64,000 nucleotides of DNA, from IMG/VR virus record IMGVR_UViG_3300046047_000262. One strand, written 5' to 3'. This DNA is from a virus. The translations under genes were made by a program, and so were the position numbers. Positions 57,175-64,000 of this stretch are shown piece after piece (the stretch's first letter is position 1; each line of letters starts with the position of its first letter). Under the pieces are notes generated by a model that was not told where the DNA came from, did no database searches, and saw only the letters and a program-made list of their open reading frames with translations.

Positions 57175-58176
57175 TCAGTACTCATCCTCGTCGTCATCAT
57201 CATAACGATCCTCATCATTGTCGCCGTACTCATCATAATACTTCTCGTTGTAATCATCCTCGTCATCATCATCGTCGCCAAACCAAGTCGGTGCGGTGTA
57301 CGGTGTGTCTGTCTCGCCAATGACCTCATAACGGCAAGCACGGAGCTTTTGACCATTATGATCAGCAGGTATGGATACGACATCCCTTGGATTGAACTTC
57401 ACTGTGAGTACTACGCTATGTGCGTAATACACCGACGCGTAATCATACGTACCGATATGCAGTCCGGGTGCACACGCCAATTGGGGATCATTCGTGACCA
57501 TTTTCCTGGGCATTTCGATAACATTGCCGACGCTGTTGTCAATGTATCCCTTACGTTCCTCGCCATTGACCAAAGCGAACCCGCTCCAAGTGCTCACGGG
57601 GTGACCATCTTTGTCTCTATTACAGCTCTTATATCCGATAAGGCAACCATCAGTAGTGATGGTGAACCCTTTCTCAGACCCGTTATTGGATGCTTCCAAC
57701 CATGAGAACAATTGTGTACGGACGTACTCAAGATCGTTCGAGTACAGATTCTCAATGAACTTGACCAATGATTCCCAATCAGCATCCTTATTGCTGTCAA
57801 GCACACTGATGAGATGCTGTTCAAGGGTAGGGTCAATAGGTTCGTAATCAATGAAGATCCTATTGCCTTTACGCTTCATCCTACCATCAAGCGCACCAAG
57901 CGAGATGAACTTGTCATTAACGGTCCCAATTACGTTTGCACTCTTATTGGCGGCGGTGATAAGTCTTCGGGCAATGTCATCGATCACATGCTCGTCACTG
58001 GTATTGCGTCTTGATTCCCTTAACTCATCAGCGATCTTCTTTACCTCATCATAGTATTGGTATGATTCAAGGACATTGACCGTTTTGAATTCACCATTGT
58101 CATCAATGTAGGACACATCTATCTGCGTGCTACCGTTATTAGTATTAGTGGTAGAGTTGATACGTTGGATCTTCAT
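57175..58176 (-). CDS. Phage rIIB-like protein
   Basis: ITTDGCLIGYK, EMPRKMV, CAPGLHIG, NPRDVVSIP..KLRACRYEV. Confidence 0.88.
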   Translation of the reverse strand: MKIQRINSTTNTNNGSTQIDVSYIDDNGEFKTVNVLESYQYYDEVKKIADELRESRRNTSDEHVIDDIARRLITAANKSANVIGTVNDKFISLGALDGRMKRKGNRIFIDYEPIDPTLEQHLISVLDSNKDADWESLVKFIENLYSNDLEYVRTQLFSWLEASNNGSEKGFTITTDGCLIGYKSCNRDKDGHPVSTWSGFALVNGEERKGYIDNSVGNVIEMPRKMVTNDPQLACAPGLHIGTYDYASVYYAHSVVLTVKFNPRDVVSIPADHNGQKLRACRYEVIGETDTPYTAPTWFGDDDDDEDDYNEKYYDEYGDNDEDRYDDDDEDEY

Positions 58177-58229
58177 ATTCTTTCCTTTCAGGTTTCCCTA
58201 TTATTATAACATGGTAATGGTCTTTTTTC

Positions 58230-60740
58230 CTATTCGCGATCAATTCCCAGGAGCTTGTCAACAATAGTATTAATAGCATTACCGAATACGCCTTGTACCA
58301 TGCCGTTACTATCAATCTCAGGACAATACGATGATTTAATGATACTGTTCATGGTAAGTATATCATGATTCGACGTATTATCTATCTTCTTTTTGAATGC
58401 GATTAATTTATGAAGTAGATCATTACCCGATAGATAAGGGCCGTTCTCATCGGTCATAAGACCACTAAAATTGCACAGGTATGTATTGAAGAATTCGTCC
58501 GACCATGAATCATCAATATGGAAACGACCACTCAGAATATCCGCGTACCCCTTATCGCCCCGGATTCTATTAATGAAATAGTACACCGCCGCTTTCGTCC
58601 AATCGAAACGATCATCAGCAAGCATGGCTTTCTGGGTGTCACTGATATCATAGTAATTTTGGAACTTTATAGGAGTGTATTCCACATCAATGTTCTCGAA
58701 TATCTTCCAATTGGTTACACGGTATCCTGCTGTTGACATGACATGAAGATGCCCGTAACCCTCAAGCTCCTTGAATACCTTCGCGAACATTGGCTGACGC
58801 CCATTACTGCTGTCAACGAAAACGAATCGTTTACCACTCGCATCAATCGGATCGTTGTTCTTGGCGATATCCGAGATATACGGTTCAAGGGCTTTAGTGT
58901 TCTTGAACGCACCGATATAAATCTCTGCGTTATCCTTGATCAGATCCGACCAATCCGTGATGGTATAGGACTTGTATTCCTCTTTGGCAACACGATGGTA
59001 CAAGTCCAACCCGCTGTCATAACCGTCGAGTTCCCTTACGGCAAGTTCGGGCAGACGCTCCGCCTGCGGTTTTGGCTTTTGCTTCTTCTTGGAAGCAAGA
59101 TACTTCTTCAACTCATCAAATGATACGATTCTGATGTCAGAATGATATGATTTGATCAGCTTGGTTATACGCTTGGATGGTTTTTTACGCATGGTATACG
59201 TATACACGACATTAATGAACTTCGTATCATCCTTGACGACATTCTTGATATATGATTTAAGATCACGAGCAAGTGGTCTCTCCCCGTATATCAGTATCCT
59301 CAAAGTGTTAGCATCGCTTTCATGCTCAGACAGGAACTGTACCCCGATGGTTGATTTGCTCCATTTCCGATATTTGTGATGACCGACGCTCTCAGGATCC
59401 TTCGTTTCAAAGATACTCTTGAATTCAATATTACTATCAGGGCGCGTACCTTTATTCATACGATAAGTACTATTCCTATCATCATGGAATATGATGGGTT
59501 TATCAATAACGATATCATTGGTATGCGAAGACACGGTGAATTTCAAAGCTGTATTGAATGCAGGCATTTTGAATTTCCTATCAAAGATACGTGATTCGAT
59601 AGGGAACATCTTCATAAGATGCTCCAATAACGTAAGACCATTGATTCTATTATGCCATTGGGTTTCGCGGATCACCAGGTTCATTATCCTTGGGATATCC
59701 TTGTTATCAAGATGACCGAACATCGCTTTCACCACGGTTTCAGGATTGTCCTTCAACGAGAACTTCTCCTCCAGTTTAGATATGATGGCGTCCAGACGTT
59801 CGTTCTTAGTAATGGAATCACGCGATGATGAGAAATCAACCATACCAGGCTTGATGACCAACACCATATTGTTCGCGGTATTACGGTAAGCATACTCATC
59901 AGGGAACATCCGATACGGCCATCCTGAAAGTACTGATATGAAGTTTTTGCTGACGAATGATTTAGGCGATTCATCAACGAATGATGACATGATGGAATCA
60001 AGCTGACCCTTACGGTAATAGATCTGACCATAAGCATGATCATCCTCATCAAGAAGGATATCCATGAGGTAGGAGTAATTATCACCGAATGAACTGGCAT
60101 CACCGTTAATAGCGATAGGAACGTTATCATCGGCGTATTCAGCATACTTCTTAGCGGAATTAACGAACTTGTAAACATCCTTAGTCTGGGTAGGGATCTT
60201 GACCATCGTTCCATTCGGCTTATCAACCTCAGCCTCATTGAAAATACGCATCACATTCTTATTCGATTCACGATCCATACTGAAATCGATCTCATGACCA
60301 TCCTGAACGGTGATCACCGTGAACGATGTGGTATATGCCAATGGCGATTTCGAACCCAGACCATATGCTCCAATGGCATCAAGATTCTTTTCCTTAGTGG
60401 AAGCACCATACTCGGAGAAATGATTGTTCACATCATCGATGCTCATACCCACGCCATGATCCTCAACGCTGAAATACGGATCCAATAGCGTCGGCGTGTA
60501 AATATCCACAGGTTTCCTGTCCTCGGGTGCCAACAGCATAGTCGCATCCACAGCGTTGGAAATCGTCTCCCTGACGGCGGCTTCGATGGGATCCGGGTAC
60601 AGATCGGTCATACGCTGGGTGAGCATGTCAACCGCATCGACGGAAAACCCCATGGTCTTCTCACTGATCGGTCCACCGTAAAGTTCCTCGGTCTTGATAC
60701 CACTGGCAACCGTATTCGTCTTGCTTAAAGCCATATCCAT
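58230..60740 (-). CDS. Phage rIIA-like protein (GHKL ATPase N-terminus)
   Basis: LYPDPIEAAVRETISNAVDA, DHGVGMS, GAYGLGSKSPLAY, SSSRDS; adjacent to rIIB. Confidence 0.88.
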   Translation of the reverse strand: MDMALSKTNTVASGIKTEELYGGPISEKTMGFSVDAVDMLTQRMTDLYPDPIEAAVRETISNAVDATMLLAPEDRKPVDIYTPTLLDPYFSVEDHGVGMSIDDVNNHFSEYGASTKEKNLDAIGAYGLGSKSPLAYTTSFTVITVQDGHEIDFSMDRESNKNVMRIFNEAEVDKPNGTMVKIPTQTKDVYKFVNSAKKYAEYADDNVPIAINGDASSFGDNYSYLMDILLDEDDHAYGQIYYRKGQLDSIMSSFVDESPKSFVSKNFISVLSGWPYRMFPDEYAYRNTANNMVLVIKPGMVDFSSSRDSITKNERLDAIISKLEEKFSLKDNPETVVKAMFGHLDNKDIPRIMNLVIRETQWHNRINGLTLLEHLMKMFPIESRIFDRKFKMPAFNTALKFTVSSHTNDIVIDKPIIFHDDRNSTYRMNKGTRPDSNIEFKSIFETKDPESVGHHKYRKWSKSTIGVQFLSEHESDANTLRILIYGERPLARDLKSYIKNVVKDDTKFINVVYTYTMRKKPSKRITKLIKSYHSDIRIVSFDELKKYLASKKKQKPKPQAERLPELAVRELDGYDSGLDLYHRVAKEEYKSYTITDWSDLIKDNAEIYIGAFKNTKALEPYISDIAKNNDPIDASGKRFVFVDSSNGRQPMFAKVFKELEGYGHLHVMSTAGYRVTNWKIFENIDVEYTPIKFQNYYDISDTQKAMLADDRFDWTKAAVYYFINRIRGDKGYADILSGRFHIDDSWSDEFFNTYLCNFSGLMTDENGPYLSGNDLLHKLIAFKKKIDNTSNHDILTMNSIIKSSYCPEIDSNGMVQGVFGNAINTIVDKLLGIDRE

Positions 60741-60828
60741 CCTTACAATGTCAACCCCTAGTCAGGGGTGTGTTATTACGATGACACCATTATAAGCATA
60801 GGTATGGCTTGTTGTCAAACGGATAAGT

Positions 60829-61701
60829 CTACAGAATGTCAGCTATGTCCTCAGCGACTTTCGGATCATCACATATCGCATTGAGCTGATCTTTCTCTAC
60901 TCTTTCATAATGATTGCCATCCCGATCGTTCCATAATAGATCCAAGGAACCGTTACCTGCAGTAATCTCAGGTCGTGAGTGGAATCTCTTCTCCAAGCCG
61001 TTGCTCAATGAGACCAACGATGATAATTGTCGTTCTGCGGAGGACGTGTCAATGGATTCCCTTGGTCCGTTATCCGTGGATTCATCGCTGTCATATGACG
61101 AATCGTACTTGATCCTGACATTAGGATGATCCTTGGATACTATGGTCACATTATTCGTTATGCCGTATCCTTGATCATTGTCGGTACTGCGTATACTTGA
61201 CACTGATACCAGGGTTTTGCCATCCGTATAGTTCCTGGAAGCAGTATTCCCCGCACCATACTCGTTCATGTAATTCTCAGTATTGATACTGTGATTATAC
61301 CAATTGTCTCCAAGATGGACATCGACGTTATTGAACGTATCAAGATCCTTGTGTTTCTTCATTGATGGTGATGACCAGACTTTTTCTGATATACGATTGA
61401 CTTGTTCGCATATGGCATCATCATCACTTCTGGCTTCAGCTCCGTTCTTCAGACTGGTCAATCGTTTTACCGCGGCAATGTACGTCTGTTTATCACCATC
61501 AGGTATATCCAAGTGATTGATGACCCTATGAGCAGTGGTTATCGGTTCCAATGATTCCCTGATTGAATTGAATGAATGCAACGATGCGGAATCATGGAAT
61601 TCAACATGATCGGAATTCTTGCTGTTCCTGCATCGTAGCGTTGCATGACATGCAACATAATCACCCGCTGATTTTCCTGTCCTTGCTATATGGCATCTCA
61701 T
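60829..61701 (-). CDS. Hypothetical protein with N-terminal Cys/His tag
   Basis: AAAGGA SD; HIARTG..CHATLRC..DH. Confidence 0.78.
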   Translation of the reverse strand: MRCHIARTGKSAGDYVACHATLRCRNSKNSDHVEFHDSASLHSFNSIRESLEPITTAHRVINHLDIPDGDKQTYIAAVKRLTSLKNGAEARSDDDAICEQVNRISEKVWSSPSMKKHKDLDTFNNVDVHLGDNWYNHSINTENYMNEYGAGNTASRNYTDGKTLVSVSSIRSTDNDQGYGITNNVTIVSKDHPNVRIKYDSSYDSDESTDNGPRESIDTSSAERQLSSLVSLSNGLEKRFHSRPEITAGNGSLDLLWNDRDGNHYERVEKDQLNAICDDPKVAEDIADIL

Positions 61702-61842
61702 AATACGTATCCTTTCCTTAATGAATGATATTCATACATCTATCATGCGAGTAATATGATGGACTATTCGGAGAGGACCGCATCCCACTGGAATCAGTAC
61801 ATGATTCGTTCATTGATACGATAATAAATCATGCTAATAATC

Positions 61843-61888
61843 GATTACCTACAGAACGTAAGTATATACTATCGTTCTGTAGGTAATC
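61843..61888. repeat. Conserved palindromic element, copy 2
   Basis: TACAGAA-N5-GTATATACTA-N3-TTCTGTA. Confidence 0.75.
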
Positions 61889-61907
61889 AATAACAGGTAA
61901 TAGTAAA

Positions 61908-61943
61908 AATGCCGTTTATGGGTGACTGTCCATAAACGGCATT
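61908..61943 (-). terminator. Terminator after exonuclease gene
   Basis: AATGCCGTTTATGG...CCATAAACGGCATT with T-run on minus strand. Confidence 0.78.
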
Positions 61944-61957
61944 AAACGTTCTTATTA

Positions 61958-63139
61958 TCAATCTTTCTCATTAATGAAACCGACACCGATATCCTGTAGA
62001 TGATTACGCATAGCAATCAACATGATATGCGTATCCTCCAGACCAAGATGGCGTTCGGATTCATCAGCACCCAATGCTCCCCATCGCTTCGCATACACTT
62101 CAAGACTGTTCCCCTCATTACCACGAGTAGGATCAATCCGCTGACTAAGCTTCTTCGTATCGATAATCCTGATGATACCCGAACGGCGAGCCTCAGCATA
62201 CCCGGTAATGAACTGCATAAAGAACGAATCCTCGAACTTGGCGTTATGTGCGACGAACGGTACCGATGTCAAAGCATGCAGGATACGATCCTGGGCTTCG
62301 TGATCGGCATCCAATGGTGACAGCCCATCAAGATCGTGAACATTGATACCAGTGATGTTTTCCGATGGGTTCCCCAATCCAGTCCGTTTACTGGGAACAC
62401 CATACTGATGACGTTCCGTATCATAAGTAGGTTCATGACCATTCAGATCAATGGATTCCCATCCTGCATCAATAATCCAATTACGAAGAGGACTCAGACC
62501 CGTCGTCTCAAGATCTATACCTACAACATGTGACACATAAGGCGATGCAACGATCTCCTTGGAGAACGCAGCCCGTCTGTCATCGCCTGAATCCATACGT
62601 CGTTCCAGACTAAGCAGGACATCCTCGATACTCCGACCCTGAGACCATGCGATATCCGTTGCCACCGTATGCATCGCATTCATTTTGCTGGCATCCAATT
62701 CCCAATCAGTCCATACAGGTGGTACATATCCTTCAGTCTTGACGAAGGGCGTTCGGTCATCATCAGGATCGTGTGCCACAGCACCATGAGCCTTCAAATA
62801 ATCGATCTCATCATTGAGTTCACGCGCCCTGATGCCGATGAGCCTCGGGAGATCGTATGATTCCAATTCCATATGACGCATGAACGTGATCCGCATGACA
62901 TTCAATAAGTGCTCAATGTCACCTCTGATCCTGAAACTCTTCGCTAATAATTCTGAAGCATCGGTCTCGAATAGGCTTGGTGCGATCTCCTTGCCATAAT
63001 CCGATACGATCAAGTCATTCTCAAGATTCATACCTGAGAGTAATGATGACTGTTGCACTGGCAACGCGGTAACCCAAGCGGATTTATCCCTGTTGGATGA
63101 TACGAGCAGTCTTCTCTTCTCGTCTTCTAATGTATACAT
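61958..63139 (-). CDS. DEDDh 3'-5' exonuclease (DnaQ-like) with N-terminal extension
   Basis: GIDLETTG, VAHNAKFE, IIDT, RHLGLED. Confidence 0.88.
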   Translation of the reverse strand: MYTLEDEKRRLLVSSNRDKSAWVTALPVQQSSLLSGMNLENDLIVSDYGKEIAPSLFETDASELLAKSFRIRGDIEHLLNVMRITFMRHMELESYDLPRLIGIRARELNDEIDYLKAHGAVAHDPDDDRTPFVKTEGYVPPVWTDWELDASKMNAMHTVATDIAWSQGRSIEDVLLSLERRMDSGDDRRAAFSKEIVASPYVSHVVGIDLETTGLSPLRNWIIDAGWESIDLNGHEPTYDTERHQYGVPSKRTGLGNPSENITGINVHDLDGLSPLDADHEAQDRILHALTSVPFVAHNAKFEDSFFMQFITGYAEARRSGIIRIIDTKKLSQRIDPTRGNEGNSLEVYAKRWGALGADESERHLGLEDTHIMLIAMRNHLQDIGVGFINEKD

Positions 63140-63280
63140 GGTATTATCATACCACGAAATATGGTATGCACCACGGAATGCGGAATATGCTTACGATGGG
63201 AGACCACCACCATGATCATAATGCGAATACCGGTAATATACGGGCGGTGGTAACGAAAGACGAGACTCATATCATGAGGA

Positions 63281-63700
63281 TTACCCTTTGCTCGAATCGT
63301 AGGTCACCGAGTAATCGGATATGTGGGCATTGTTCACAGTGATCAGGAAGGTATCCTGCCCTGATGGTATGTTTACTGTGATGTTATCATCGTCATCGGC
63401 AAGATTCATCGTGGACAGTACTTCGCCTGTTGATGATCTTACTTCCATGATCGCTGTTTGACCGCCATTGGTCGCAGGTCTCCTATCAACAGTGAACCCT
63501 GTCACGGTACCCGAGTTCTGTAAGGATGCCTTATCCAATGCTGTTTTCATACTGGATACATCTGACCTCATGCTATTGGTTATGGTGGTTCGACGTTGAT
63601 CGATGATCGATGGCACCGCCACTGCCGAGATGATCGCGGCTATGATGACCACGACGATCATCTCGATCAACGTGAAACCCCTTCTGATTGTAAGACCCAT
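63281..63700 (-). CDS. Type IV pilin
   Basis: RRG-FTLIEMIVVVII prepilin motif. Confidence 0.88.
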   Translation of the reverse strand: MGLTIRRGFTLIEMIVVVIIAAIISAVAVPSIIDQRRTTITNSMRSDVSSMKTALDKASLQNSGTVTGFTVDRRPATNGGQTAIMEVRSSTGEVLSTMNLADDDDNITVNIPSGQDTFLITVNNAHISDYSVTYDSSKG

Positions 63701-63703
63701 GTA

Positions 63704-64000
63704 TCAGTCTCTCAGTTCCCTACCGAATGCATCCAGATGCCATGGACTACCATGTGCCGATGTCAGTATGAGGATGCCCTCGATGATGCTCCATATTCCA
63801 GTGACGAATGATAACAATCCGAAGCTCAGGATAGTGAGTAACAATTGGGCAACACCTCTTCCCGTACGACCGAGATAGAAATTATGCACGCCGAAGACAC
63901 CAAGGAATATGGCTAATAAACCGGCCGCGATCTTGGATTTGCTCGCACCGTAATACACTTGTTCCGTAGGTTCCTTGTAATATGGATTATACTGTGTCAT
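63704..64000 (-). CDS. TM2-domain protein
   Basis: KSKIAAGLLAIFLGVFGVHNFYLG. Confidence 0.9.
   Translation of the reverse strand: MTQYNPYYKEPTEQVYYGASKSKIAAGLLAIFLGVFGVHNFYLGRTGRGVAQLLLTILSFGLLSFVTGIWSIIEGILILTSAHGSPWHLDAFGRELRD

Noticed and set aside
11271-63878. Numerous 60-180 aa antisense or out-of-frame ORFs within long genes
   Set aside because: Shadow ORFs of motif-supported genes with no independent signals.

Overview
This looks like part of a giant extrachromosomal element (jumbo phage, phage-plasmid or megaplasmid), probably from an Actinomycetota host such as a bifidobacterium. The host call is inferred from the TopA C-terminal repeats, VKOR, NrdH, class C sortase pili and SLT type. 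Bases 1-10.8 kb hold a minus-strand array of about 50 near-canonical tRNA genes covering all 20 amino acids, truncated at the left edge. Interleaved with them are non-canonical tRNA-like RNAs: 41-64 nt acceptor+T-arm minis, a tmRNA-TLD-like mini, a YrlA/Y-RNA-like permuted tRNA, a double-elbow RNA and a tRNA with two T-arms. The array also has tRNAs with 6-, 8- and 9-nt anticodon loops, six C33 tRNAs, A34 Ala/Leu/Thr tRNAs, and His and Asn tRNAs with long variable arms. The remaining 53 kb is mostly minus-strand protein genes. Replication and topology: DnaX, LigA, type IIA topoisomerase A, TopA, HU, DEDDh exonuclease, RusA-like. Transcription: two sigma-like factors. Nucleotide metabolism: dUTPase, NrdH, NT5C. 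Transfer and adhesion: VirD4-like, CpaF/VirB11, SLT, two type IV pilins and a sortase pilus locus. Also phage rIIA/rIIB-like genes and stress or membrane genes. Further patterns are a GATATT-N8-start motif before six genes, a shared N-terminal H-C-C-H tag on three unrelated proteins, and a palindrome repeated 49 kb apart. No capsid, terminase or tail genes are visible. All folds and family calls were made by eye; no searches were run.
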